From the human T2T-CHM13v2.0 reference genome, Homo sapiens, in assembly GCF_009914755.1 (NCBI RefSeq), contig NC_060938.1: a DNA stretch of 64,000 nucleotides; one strand, 5' to 3'. The notes under the pieces are model-generated. The model made no database searches, was not told the origin of the DNA, and saw only the letters and a list, made by a program, of their open reading frames with translations. Shown piece by piece: positions 1-13,307 of this stretch. The translations under genes were made by a program, and so were the position numbers. Positions within the stretch are counted from its first letter, which is position 1. Each line of letters opens with the position of its first letter.

Positions 1-17
1 CTACTTTTTATACGTAA

Positions 18-34
18 TCCCGTTTCCAACGAAA
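18..34 (-). promoter_or_regulatory. CENP-B box (representative; recurs every 338/342 bp, ~188 positions in the window)
   Basis: Plus strand TCCCGTTTCCAACGAAA = minus strand TTTCGTTGGAAACGGGA, matching YTTCGTTGGAARCGGGA with all nine core bases (NTTCGNNNNANNCGGGN). Next copies at 356, 698, 1040 (non-core variant), 1382 and 1720. Confidence 0.96.
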
Positions 35-526
35 TCCTCCAAGCTATCCAAATATCCACTTGCAGATTCCACAGAAAGACTGTTTCAAAACTGCTCTGTC
101 AATAGAAAGGTTCAACTCTGTTAGCTGCATGCATATATCCCAAAGAAGATTCTGAGATTGCTTCTGTCTAGTTTTTATGGGAAGATATTTCCCTCTTCAC
201 CGTAGGTGTCAAGGCGCTCCAAATGTCCACTTCCAGATACTACAAAAAGAGTGTTTCAAACCTACTCTGTGAAAGGGAATATTCAACTCTGTGACTTGAA
301 TGCACACATCACAAAGAAGTTTCTGAGGATGCTGCTGTCTACTTTTTATACGTAATCCCGTTTCCAACGAAATCCTCCAAGCTATCCAAATATCCACTTG
401 CAGATTCCACAGAAAGACTGTTTCAAAACTGCTCTGTCAATAGAAAGGTTCAACTCTGTTAGCTGCATGCATATATCCCAAAGAAGATTCTGAGATTGCT
501 TCTGTCTAGTTTTTATGGGAAGATAT

Positions 527-543
527 TTCCCTTTTCACCGTAG
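527..543 (+). promoter_or_regulatory. pJalpha-type box of the alternate (non-CENP-B) monomers, representative
   Basis: TTCCCTTTTCACCGTAG sits 171 bp from the CENP-B box at 356, at the homologous monomer position, and closely matches the pJalpha motif TTCCTTTTYCACCRTAG. Confidence 0.7.
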
Positions 544-1719
544 GCGTCAAGGCGCTCCAAATGTCCACTTCCAGATACTACAAAAAGAGTGTTTCAAACC
601 TACTCTGTGAAAGGGAATATTCAACTCTGTGACTTGAATGCACATAACACAAGGAAGTTTCTGAGAATGCTTCTGTCGAGATTTTATATGAAGATATTCC
701 CGTTTCCAACGAAATCCTGAAATCTATCCAAATATCCCCTTGCAGATTCTATAAAAAGAGTGTTTCAAAACTGCTCTGTAAAAAGAAAGGTTCAACTCTG
801 TTAGTTGAGTACACACATCACAAACAAGTTTCACAGAATGCTTCTTTCTAGCTTGTAGGGGAAGATATTCCCTTTATCACCATGGGCCTCAAACCGTCCG
901 AAAAGTCCACTTCCATATACTACAAAAAGAGCGTTTCAAACCTGCTCTATGAAAGGCAATGTTCAACTCTGTGACTTGAATGCAGACATCACAGAGCAGT
1001 TTCTGAGAATGCTTCTGTCTAGATTTTATAGGAAGATATCCCCGTTTCCAACGAAATCTTCACAGCTATCCAAATATCCACTTGCAGATTCTACAAAAAG
1101 AGTGTATCAAAACTGCTCTGTCAAAAGGAAGGTTCTTTTCTGTTAGGTGAGTGCATACGTCATAAAGGAGTTTCTGAGAATGTTTCTGTCTAGTTGTTAT
1201 GGGAAGATATTTGCTTTTTCACCGTAGGCCTCAGAGCGCTCCAAATATCCACTTGCACATACTACAAAAAGAGTGCCTCAAAGCTGCTCTCTGAAACGGA
1301 ATGTTCAACTCTATGAGTTGAATGCAAACATCGCAAAGACGTTTCTGAGAATGCTTCTGTCTAGATTTGATATGAAGATATTCCCGTTTCCAACGAAATC
1401 TTCAAATCTATCCAAATGTCCACTTGCAGATTCAACAAAAAGTGTTTTTCAGAACTGCTCTATCAAAAGAAAGATCCACCTCTGTTAGCTGAGTTCACAC
1501 ATCACAAACAACTTTATGAGAATGCTTCTGTCTAGTTTTTATTTGAAGATATTTCCTTTCTCACCATAGAGCTGAAAGCTGTCCTAATGTTCACTTCCAG
1601 ATACTACAGAAAGAGTGTTTCAAAACTGCTGTACGAAAGGGAATGTTCAACTCTGTGACTTGAATGCACACATCACAAAGAAGTTTCTGAGGATGCTGCT
1701 GTCTACTTTTTATACGTAA

Positions 1720-3083
1720 TCCCGTTTCCAACGAAATCCTCCAAGCTATCCAAATATCCACTTGCAGATTCCACAGAAAGACTGTTTCAAAACTGCTCTG
1801 TCAATAGAAAGGTTCAACTCTGTTAGCTGCATGCATATATCCCAAAGAAGATTCTGAGATTGCTTCTGTCTAGTTTTTATGGGAAGATATTTCCCTTTTC
1901 ACCGTAGGCGTCAAGGCGCTCCAAATGTCCACTTCCAGATACTACAAAAAGAGTGTTTCAAACCTACTCTGTGAAAGGGAATATTCAACTCTGTGACTTG
2001 AATGCACATATCACAAGGAAGTTTCTGAGAATGCTTCTGTCGAGATTTTATATGAAGATATTCCCGTTTCCAACGAAATCCTGAAATCTATCCAAATATC
2101 CCCTTGCAGATTCTACAAAAAGAGTGTTTCAAAACTGCTCTGTAAAAAGAAAGGTTCAACTCTGTTAGTTGAGTACACACATCACAAACAAGTTTCACAC
2201 AATGCTTCTTTCTAGCTTGTAGGGGAAGATATTCCCTTTATCACCATGGGCCTCAAACCGTCCGATAAGTCCACTTCCATATACTACAAAAAGAGCGTTT
2301 CAAACCTGCTCTATGAAAGGCAATGTTCAACTCTGTGACTTGAATGCAGACATCGCAGAGCAGTTTCTGAGAATGCTTCTGTCTAGATTTTATAGGAAGA
2401 TATTCCCGTTTCCAACGAAATCTTCACAGCTATCCAAATATCCACTTGCAGATTCTACAAAAAGAGTGTATCAAAACTGCTCTGTCAAAAGGAAGGTTCT
2501 TTTCTGTTAGGTGAGTGCATACGTCATAAAGGAGTTTCTGAGAATGTTTCTGTCTAGTGGTTATGGGAAGATATTTGCTTTTTCACCGTAGGCCTCAGAG
2601 CGCTCCAAATATCCACTTGCACATACTACAAAAAGAGTGCCTCAAAGCTGCTCTCTGAAACGGAATGTTCAACTCTATGAGTTGAATGCAAACATCGCAA
2701 AGACGTTTCTGAGAATGCTTCTGTCTAGATTTGATATGAAGATATTCCCGTTTCCAACGAAATCTTCAAATCTATCCAAATGTCCACTTGCAGATTCAAC
2801 AAAAAGTGTTTTTCAGAACTGCTCTATCAAAAGAAAGATCCACCTCTGTTAGCTGAGTTCACACATCACAAACAAGTTTATGAGAATGCTTCTGTCTAGT
2901 TTTTATTTGAAGATATTTCCTTTCTCACCATAGAGCTGAAAGCTGTCCTAATGTTCACTTCCAGATACTACAGAAAGAGTGTTTCAAAACTGCTGTACGA
3001 AAGGGAATGTTCAACTCTGTGACTTGAATGCACACATCACAAAGAAGTTTCTGAGGATGCTGCTGTCTACTTTTTATACGTAA
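1720..3083 (-). repeat. Representative canonical 8-mer HOR unit (1364 bp), phased from CENP-B box to CENP-B box
   Basis: Boxes start at 1720, 2062, 2404, 2746 and 3084, giving spacings of 342, 342, 342 and 338 bp. The short dimer contains a monomer 4 bp shorter just before its box (CTACTTTTTATACGTAATCCCG versus CTAGATTTTATAGGAAGATATTCCCG). Confidence 0.95.
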
Positions 3084-4785
3084 TCCCGTTTCCAACGAAA
3101 TCCTCCAAGCTATCCAAATATCCACTTGCAGATTCCACAGAAAGACTGTTTCAAAACTGCTCTGTCAATAGAAAGGTTCAACTCTGTTAGCTGCATGCAT
3201 ATATCCCAAAGAAGATTCTGAGATTGCTTCTGTCTAGTTTTTATGGGAAGATATTTCCCTCTTCACCGTAGGTGTCAAGGCGCTCCAAATGTCCACTTCC
3301 AGATACTACAAAAAGAGTGTTTCAAACCTACTCTGTGAAAGGGAATATTCAACTCTGTGACTTGAATGCACACATCACAAAGAAGTTTCTGAGGATGCTG
3401 CTGTCTACTTTTTATACGTAATCCCGTTTCCAACGAAATCCTCCAAGCTATCCAAATATCCACTTGCAGATTCCACAGAAAGACTGTTTCAAAACTGCTC
3501 TGTCAATAGAAAGGTTCAACTCTGTTAGCTGCATGCATATATCCCAAAGAAGATTCTGAGATTGCTTCTGTCTAGTTTTTATGGGAAGATATTTCCCTTT
3601 TCACCGTAGGCGTCAAGGCGCTCCAAATGTCCACTTCCAGATACTACAAAAAGAGTGTTTCAAACCTACTCTGTGAAAGGGAATATTCAACTCTGTGACT
3701 TGAATGCACATAACACAAGGAAGTTTCTGAGAATGCTTCTGTCGAGATTTTATATGAAGATATTCCCGTTTCCAACGAAATCCTGAAATCTATCCAAATA
3801 TCCCCTTGCAGATTCTACAAAAAGAGTGTTTCAAAACTGCTCTGTAAAAAGAAAGGTTCAACTCTGTTAGTTGAGTACACACATCACAAACAAGTTTCAC
3901 ACAATGCTTCTTTCTAGCTTGTAGGGGAAGATATTCCCTTTATCACCATGGGCCTCAAACCGTCCGAAAAGTCCACTTCCATATACTACAAAAAGAGCGT
4001 TTCAAACCTGCTCTATGAAAGGCAATGTTCAACTCTGTGACTTGAATGCAGACATCACAGAGCAGTTTCTGAGAATGCTTCTGTCTAGATTTTATAGGAA
4101 GATATTCCCGTTTCCAACGAAATCTTCACAGCTATCCAAATATCCACTTGCAGATTCTACAAAAAGAGTGTATCAAAACTGCTCTGTCAAAAGGAAGGTT
4201 CTTTTCTGTTAGGTGAGTGCATACGTCATAAAGGAGTTTCTGAGAATGTTTCTGTCTAGTGGTTATGGGAAGATATTTGCTTTTTCACCGTAGGCCTCAG
4301 AGCGCTCCAAATATCCACTTGCACATACTACAAAAAGAGTGCCTCAAAGCTGCTCTCTGAAACGGAATGTTCAACTCTATGAGTTGAATGCAAACATCGC
4401 AAAGACGTTTCTGAGAATGCTTCTGTCTAGATTTGATATGAAGATATTCCCGTTTCCAACGAAATCTTCAAATCTATCCAAATGTCCACTTGCAGATTCA
4501 ACAAAAAGTGTTTTTCAGAACTGCTCTATCAAAAGAAAGATCCACCTCTGTTAGCTGAGTTCACACATCACAAACAAGTTTATGAGAATGCTTCTGTCTA
4601 GTTTTTATTTGAAGATATTTCCTTTCTCACCATAGAGCTGAAAGCTGTCCTAATGTTCACTTCCAGATACTACAGAAAGAGTGTTTCAAAACTGCTGTAC
4701 GAAAGGGAATGTTCAACTCTGTGACTTGAATGCACACATCACAAAGAAGTTTCTGAGGATGCTGCTGTCTACTTTTTATACGTAA
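3084..4785 (-). repeat. 10-mer variant HOR (1702 bp), copy 2
   Basis: ORF spacing 2313 to 4015 is 1702 bp; duplicated dimer boxes at 3084 and 3422. Confidence 0.95.
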
Positions 4786-7700
4786 TCCCGTTTCCAACGA
4801 AATCCTCCAAGCTATCCAAATATCCACTTGCAGATTCCACAGAAAGACTGTTTCAAAACTGCTCTGTCAATAGAAAGGTTCAACTCTGTTAGCTGCGTGC
4901 ATATATCCCAAAGAAGATTCTGAGATTGCTTCTGTCTAGTTTTTATGGGAAGATATTTCCCTTTTCACCGTAGGTGTCAAGGCGCTCCAAATGTCCACTT
5001 CCAGATACTACAAAAAGAGTGTTTCAAACCTACTCTGTGAAAGGGAATATTCAACTCTGTGACTTGAATGCACATATCACAAGGAAGTTTCTGAGAATGC
5101 TTCTGTCGAGATTTTATATGAAGATATTCCCGTTCCCAACGAAATCCTGAAATCTATCCAAATATCCCCTCGCAGATTCTACAAAAAGAGTGTTTCAAAA
5201 CTGCTCTGTGAAAAGAAAGGTTCAACTCTGTTAGTTGAGTACACACATCACAAACAAGTTTCACAGAATGCTTCTTTCTAGCTTGTAGGGGAAGATATTC
5301 CCTTTATCACCATGGGCCTCCAACCGTCCGAAACATCCACTTCCATATACTACAAAAAGAGCGTTTCAAACCTGCTCTATGAAAGGCAATGTTCAACTCT
5401 GTGACTTGAATGCAGACATCACAGAGCAGTTTCTGAGAATGCTTCTGTCTAGATTTTATAGGAAGATATTCCCGTTTCCAACGAAATCTTCACAGCTATC
5501 CAAATATCCACTTGCAGATTCTACAAAAAGAGTGTATCAAAACTGCTCTGTCAAAAGGAAGGTTCTTCTCTGTTAGGTGAGTGCATACGTCATAAAGGAG
5601 TTTCTGAGAATGTTTCTGTCTAGTGGTTATGGGAAGATATTTGCTTTTTCACCGTAGGCCTCAGAGCGCTCCAAATATCCACTTGCACATACTACAAAAA
5701 GAGTGCTTCAAAGCTGCTCTCTGAAAGGGAATGTTCAACTCTATGAGTTGAATGCAAACATCACAAAGACGTTTCTGAGAATGCTTCTGTCTAGATTTGA
5801 TATGAAGATATTCCCGTTTCCAACGAAATCTTCAAATCTATGCAAATGTCCACTTGTAGATTCAACAAAAAGTGTTTTTCAGAACTGCTCTATCAAAAGA
5901 AAGATCCACCTCTGTTAGCTGAGTTCACACATCACAAACAACTTTATGAGAATGCTTCTGTCTAGTTTTTATTTGAAGATATTTCCTTTCTCACCATAGA
6001 GCTGAAAGCTGTCCTAATGTTCACTTCCAGATACTACAGAAAGAGTGTTTCAAAACTGCTGTACGAAAGGGAATGTTCAACTCTGTGACTTGAATGCACA
6101 CATCACAAAGAAGTTTCTGAGGATGCTGCTGTCTACTTTTTATACGTAATCCCGTTTCCAACGAAATCCTCCAAGCTATCCAAATATCCACTTGCAGATT
6201 CCACAGAAAGACTGTTTCAAAACTGCTCTGTCAATAGAAAGGTTCAACTCTGTTAGCTGCATGCATATATCCCAAAGAAGATTCTGAGATTGCTTCTGTC
6301 TAGTTTTTATGGGAAGATATTTCCCTTTTCACCGTAGGCGTCAAGGCGCTCCAAATGTCCACTTCCAGATACTACAAAAAGAGTGTTTCAAACCTACTCT
6401 GTGAAAGGGAATATTCAACTCTGTGACTTGAATGCACATATCACAAGGAAGTTTCTGAGAATGCTTCTGTCGAGATTTTATATGAAGATATTCCCGTTTC
6501 CAACGAAATCCTGAAATCTATCCAAATATCCCCTTGCAGATTCTACAAAAAGAGTGTTTCAAAACTGCTCTGTAAAAAGAAAGGTTCAACTCTGTTAGTT
6601 GAGTACACACATCACAAACAAGTTTCACACAATGCTTCTTTCTAGCTTGTAGGGGAAGATATTCCCTTTATCACCATGGGCCTCCAACCGTCCGAAACAT
6701 CCACTTCCATATACTACAAAAAGAGCGTTTCAAACCTGCTCTATGAAAGGCAATGTTCAACTCTGTGACTTGAATGCAGACATCACAGAGCAGTTTCTGA
6801 GAATGCTTCTGTCTAGATTTTATAGGAAGATATTCCCGTTTCCAACGAAATCTTCACAGCTATCCAAATATCCACTTGCAGATTCTACCAAAAGAGTGTA
6901 TGAAAACTGCTCTGTCAAAAGGAAGGTTCTTCTCTGTTAGGTGAGTGCATACGTCATAAAGGAGTTTCTGAGAATGTTTCTGTCTAGTGGTTATGGGAAG
7001 ATATTTGCTTTTTCACCGTAGGCCTCAGAGCGCTCCAAATATCCACTTGCACATACTACAAAAAGAGTGCTTCAAAGCTGCTCTCTGAAACGGAATGTTC
7101 AACTCTATGAGTTGAATGCAAACATCACAAAGACGTTTCTGAGAATGCTTCTGTCTAGATTTGATATGAAGATATTCCCGTTTCCAACGAAATCTTCAAA
7201 TCTATCCAAATGTCCACTTGCAGATTCAACAAAAAGTGTTTTTCAGAACTGCTCTATCAAAAGAAAGATCCACCTCTGTTAGCTGAGTTCACACATCACA
7301 AACAAGTTTATGAGAATGCTTCTGTCTAGTTTTTATTTGAAGATATTTCCTTTCTCACCATAGAGCTGAAAGCTGTCCTAATGTTCACTTCCAGATACTA
7401 CAGAAAGAGTGTTTCAAAACTGCTGTACGAAAGGGAATGTTCAACTCTGTGACTTGAATGCACACATCACAAAGAAGTTTCTGAGGATGCTGCTGTCTAC
7501 TTTTTATACGTAATCCCGTTTCCAACGAAATCCTCCAAGCTATCCAAATATCCACTTGCAGATTCCACAGAAAGACTGTTTCAAAACTGCTCTGTCAATA
7601 GAAAGGTTCAACTCTGTTAGCTGCATGCATATATCCCAAAGAAGATTCTGAGATTGCTTCTGTCTAGTTTTTATGGGAAGATATTTCCCTTTTCACCGTA

Positions 7701-10700
7701 GGCGTCAAGGCGCTCCAAATGTCCACTTCCAGATACTACAAAAAGAGTGTTTCAAACCTACTCTGTGAAAGGGAATATTCAACTCTGTGACTTGAATGCA
7801 CATATCACAAGGAAGTTTCTGAGAATGCTTCTGTCGAGATTTTATATGAAGATATTCCCGTTTCCAACGAAATCCTGAAATCTATCCAAATATCCCCTTG
7901 CAGATTCTACAAAAAGAGTGTTTCAAAACTGCTCTGTAAAAAGAAAGGTTCAACTCTGTTAGTTGAGTACACACATCACAAACAAGTTTCACACAATGCT
8001 TCTTTCTAGCTTGTAGGGGAAGATATTCCCTTTATCACCATGGGCCTCAAACCGTCCGAAAAGTCCACTTCCATATACTACAAAAAGAGCGTTTCAAACC
8101 TGCTCTATGAAAGGCAATGTTCAACTCTGTGACTTGAATGCAGACATCACAGAGCAGTTTCTGAGAATGCTTCTGTCTAGATTTTATAGGAAGATATTCC
8201 CGTTTCCAACGAAATCTTCACAGCTATCCAAATATCCACTTGCAGATTCTACAAAAAGAGTGTATCAAAACTGCTCTGTCAAAAGGAAGGTTCTTTTCTG
8301 TTAGGTGAGTGCATACGTCATAAAGGAGTTTCTGAGAATGTTTCTGTCTAGTGGTTATGGGAAGATATTTGCTTTTTCACCGTAGGCCTCAGAGCGCTCC
8401 AAATATCCACTTGCACATACTACAAAAAGAGTGCCTCAAAGCTGCTCTCTGAAACGGAATGTTCAACTCTATGAGTTGAATGCAAACATCGCAAAGACGT
8501 TTCTGAGAATGCTTCTGTCTAGATTTGATATGAAGATATTCCCGTTTCCAACGAAATCTTCAAATCTATCCAAATGTCCACTTGCAGATTCAACAAAAAG
8601 TGTTTTTCAGAACTGCTCTATCAAAAGAAAGATCCACCTCTGTTAGCTGAGTTCACACATCACAAACAAGTTTATGAGAATGCTTCTGTCTAGTTTTTAT
8701 TTGAAGATATTTCCTTTCTCACCATAGAGCTGAAAGCTGTCCTAATGTTCACTTCCAGATACTACAGAAAGAGTGTTTCAAAACTGCTGTACGAAAGGGA
8801 ATGTTCAACTCTGTGACTTGAATGCACACATCACAAAGAAGTTTCTGAGGATGCTGCTGTCTACTTTTTATACGTAATCCCGTTTCCAACGAAATCCTCC
8901 AAGCTATCCAAATATCCACTTGCAGATTCCACAGAAAGACTGTTTCAAAACTGCTCTGTCAATAGAAAGGTTCAACTCTGTTAGCTGCGTGCATATATCC
9001 CAAAGAAGATTCTGAGATTGCTTCTGTCTAGTTTTTATGGGAAGATATTTCCCTTTTCACCGTAGGTGTCAAGGCGCTCCAAATGTCCACTTCCAGATAC
9101 TACAAAAAGAGTGTTTCAAACCTACTCTGTGAAAGGGAATATTCAACTCTGTGACTTGAATGCACATATCACAAAGAAGTTTCTGAGAATGCTTCTGTCG
9201 AGATTTTATATGAAGATATTCCCGTTCCCAACGAAATGCTGAAATCTATCCAAATATCCCCTTGCAGATTCTACAAAAAGAGTGTTTCAAAACTGCTCTG
9301 TGAAAGGAAAGGTTCAACTCTGTTAGTTGAGTACACACATCACAAACAAGTTTCACAGAATGCTTCTTTCTAGCTTGTAGGGGAAGATATTCCCTTTATC
9401 ACCATGGGCCTCAAACCGTCCGAAACATCCACTTCCCTATACTACAAAAAGAGCGTTTCAAACCTGCTCTATGAAAGGCAATGTTCAACTCTGTGACTTG
9501 AATGCAGACATCACAGAGCAGTTTCTGAGAATGCTTCTGTCTAGATTTTATAGGAAGATATTCCCGTTTCCAACGAAATCTTCACAGCTATCCAAATATC
9601 CACTTGCAGATTCTACAAAAAGAGTGTATCAAAACTGCTCTGTCAAAAGGAAGGTTCTTCTCTGTTAGGTGAGTGCATACGTCATAAAGGAGTTTCTGAG
9701 AATGTTTCTGTCTAGTGGTTATGGGAAGATATTTGCTTTTTCACCGTAGGCCTCAGAGCGCTCCAAATATCCACTTGCACATACTACAAAAAGAGTGCTT
9801 CAAAGCTGCTCTCTGAAAGGGAATGTTCAACTCTATGAGTTGAATGCAAACATCACAAAGACGTTTCTGAGAATGCTTCTGTCTAGATTTGATATGAAGA
9901 TATTCCCGTTTCCAACGAAATCTTCAAATCTATCCAAATGTCCACTTGCAGATTCAACAAAAAGTGTTTTTCAGAACTGCTCTATCAAAAGAAAGATCCA
10001 CCTCTGTTAGCTGAGTTCACACCTCACAAACAACTTTATGAGAATGCTTCTGTCTAGTTTTTATTTGAAGATATTTCCTTTCTCACCATAGAGCTGAAAG
10101 CTGTCCTAATGTTCACTTCCAGATACTACAGAAAGAGTGTTTCAAAACTGCTGTACGAAAGGGAATGTTCAACTCTGTGACTTGAATGCACACATCACAA
10201 AGAAGTTTCTGAGGATGCTGCTGTCTACTTTTTATACGTAATCCCGTTTCCAACGAAATCCTCCATGCTATCCAAATATCCACTTGCAGATTCCACAGAA
10301 AGACTGTTTCAAAACTGCTCTGTCAATAGAAAGGTTCAACTCTGTTAGCTGCATGCATATATCCCAAAGAAGATTCTGAGATTGCTTCTGTCTAGTTTTT
10401 ATGGGAAGATATTTCCCTTTTCACCGTAGGCGTCAAGGCGCTCCAAATGTCCACTTCCAGATACTACAAAAAGAGTGTTTCAAACCTACTCTGTGAAAGG
10501 GAATATTCAACTCTGTGACTTGAATGCACATATCACAAGGAAGTTTCTGAGAATGCTTCTGTCGAATTTTTATATGAAGATATTCCCGTTTCCAACGAAA
10601 TCCTGAAATCTATCCAAATATCCCCTTGCAGATTCTACTAAAAGAGTGTTTCAAAACTGCTCTGTAAAAAGAAAGGTTCAACTCTGTTAGTTGAGTACAC

Positions 10701-11605
10701 ACATCACAAACAAGTTTCACACAATGCTTCTTTCTAGCTTGTAGGGGAAGATATTCCCTTTATCACCATGGGCCTCAAACCGTCCGATAAGTCCACTTCC
10801 ATATACTACAAAAAGAGCGTTTCAAACCTGCTCTATGAAAGGCAATGTTCAACTCTGTGACTTGAATGCAGACATCACAGAGGAGTTTCTGAGAATGCTT
10901 CTGTCTAGATTTTATAGGAAGATATTCCCGTTTCCAACGAAATCTTCACAGCTATCCAAATATCCACTTGCAGATTCTACAAAAAGAGTGTATCAAAACT
11001 GCTCTGTCAAAAGGAAGGTTCTTTTCTGTTAGGTGAGTGCATACGTCATAAAGGAGTTTCTGAGAATGTTTCTGTCTAGTGGTTATGGGAAGATATTTGC
11101 TTTTTCACCGTAGGCCTCAGAGCGCTCCAAATATCCACTTGCACATACTACAAAAAGAGTGCCTCAAAGCTGCTCTCTGAAACGGAATGTTCAACTCTAT
11201 GAGTTGAATGCAAACATCGCAAAGACGTTTCTGAGAATGCTTCTGTCTAGATTTGATATGAAGATATTCCCGTTTCCAACGAAATCTTCAAATCTATCCA
11301 AATGTCCACTTGCAGATTCAACAAAAAGTGTTTTTCAGAACTGCTCTATCAAAAGAAAGATCCACCTCTGTTAGCTGAGTTCACACATCACAAACAAGTT
11401 TATGAGAATGCTTCTGTCTAGTTTTTATTTGAAGATATTTCCTTTCTCACCATAGAGCTGAAAGCTGTCCTAATGTTCACTTCCAGATACTACAGAAAGA
11501 GTGTTTCAAAACTGCTGTACGAAAGGGAATGTTCAACTCTGTGACTTGAATGCACACATCACAAAGAAGTTTCTGAGGATGCTGCTGTCTACTTTTTATA
11601 CGTAA

Positions 11606-13307
11606 TCCCGTTTCCAACGAAATCCTCCAAGCTATCCAAATATCCACTTGCAGATTCCACAGAAAGACTGTTTCAAAACTGCTCTGTCAATAGAAAGGTT
11701 CAACTCTGTTAGCTGCGTGCATATATCCCAAAGAAGATTCTGAGATTGCTTCTGTCTAGTTTTTATGGGAAGATATTTCCCTTTTCACCGTAGGTGTCAA
11801 GGCGCTCCAAATGTCCACTTCCAGATACTACAAAAAGAGTGTTTCAAACCAACTCTGTGAAAGGGAATATTCAACTCTGTGACTTGAATGCACACAACAC
11901 AAAGAAGTTTCTGAGGATGCTGCTGTCTACTTTTTATACGTAATCCCGTTTCCAACGAAATCCTCCAAGCTATCCAAATATCCACTTGCAGATTCCACAG
12001 AAAGACTGTTTCAAAACTGCTCTGTCAATAGAAAGGTTCAACTCTGTTAGCTGCATGCATATATCCCAAAGAAGATTCTGAGATTGCTTCTGTCTAGTTT
12101 TTATGGGAAGATATTTCCCTTTTCACCGTAGGCGTCAAGGCGCTCCAAATGTCCACTTCCAGATACTACAAAAAGAGTGTTTCAAACCTACTCTGTGAAA
12201 GGGAATATTCAACTCTGTGACTTGAATGCACATATCACAAGGAAGTTTCTGAGAATGCTTCTGTCGAGATTTTATATGAAGATATTCCCGTTTCCAACGA
12301 AATCCTGAAATCTATCCAAATATCCCCTTGCAGATTCTACAAAAAGAGTGTTTCAAAACTGCTCTGTAAAAAGAAAGGTTCAACTCTGTTAGTTGAGTAC
12401 ACACATCACAAACAAGTTTCACACAATGCTTCTTTCTAGCTTGTAGGGGAAGATATTCCCTTTATCACCATGGGCCTCAAACCGTCCGAAAAGTCCACTT
12501 CCATATACTACAAAAAGAGCGTTTCAAACCTGCTCTATGAAAGGCAATGTTCAACTCTGTGACTTGAATGCAGACATCACAGAGCAGTTTCTGAGAATGC
12601 TTCTGTCTAGATTTTATAGGAAGATATTCCCGTTTCCAACGAAATCTTCACAGCTATCCAAATATCCACTTGCAGATTCTACAAAAAGAGTGTATCAAAA
12701 CTGCTCTGTCAAAAGGAAGGTTCTTTTCTGTTAGGTGAGTGCATACGTCATAAAGGAGTTTCTGAGAATGTTTCTGTCTAGTGGTTATGGGAAGATATTT
12801 GCTTTTTCACCGTAGGCCTCAGAGCGCTCCAAATATCCACTTGCACATACTACAAAAAGAGTGCCTCAAAGCTGCTCTCTGAAACGGAATGTTCAACTCT
12901 ATGAGTTGAATGCAAACATCGCAAAGACGTTTCTGAGAATGCTTCTGTCTAGATTTGATATGAAGATATTCCCGTTTCCAACGAAATCTTCAAATCTATC
13001 CAAATGTCCACTTGCAGATTCAACAAAAAGTGTTTTTCAGAACTGCTCTATCAAAAGAAAGATCCACCTCTGTTAGCTGAGTTCACACATCACAAACAAG
13101 TTTATGAGAATGCTTCTGTCTAGTTTTTATTTGAAGATATTTCCTTTCTCACCATAGAGCTGAAAGCTGTCCTAATGTTCACTTCCAGATACTACAGAAA
13201 GAGTGTTTCAAAACTGCTGTACGAAAGGGAATGTTCAACTCTGTGACTTGAATGCACACATCACAAAGAAGTTTCTGAGGATGCTGCTGTCTACTTTTTA
13301 TACGTAA
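11606..13307 (-). repeat. 10-mer variant HOR (1702 bp), copy 3
   Basis: ORF spacing 10835 to 12537 is 1702 bp; duplicated dimer boxes at 11606 and 11944. Confidence 0.95.

Larger units (their letters stand above)
18..1719 (-). repeat. 10-mer variant HOR (1702 bp; internal 338-bp dimer duplication), copy 1
   Basis: The TACGTAATCCCG-type box monomer occurs at both 18 and 356; hybrid junction at 281-307. Confidence 0.92.

Noticed and set aside
1040-1056. CENP-B box variants at 1040 (T>C) and 26602/51154/56610 (T>G) as knockouts
   Set aside because: They alter only the terminal non-core base; the nine essential positions are intact.
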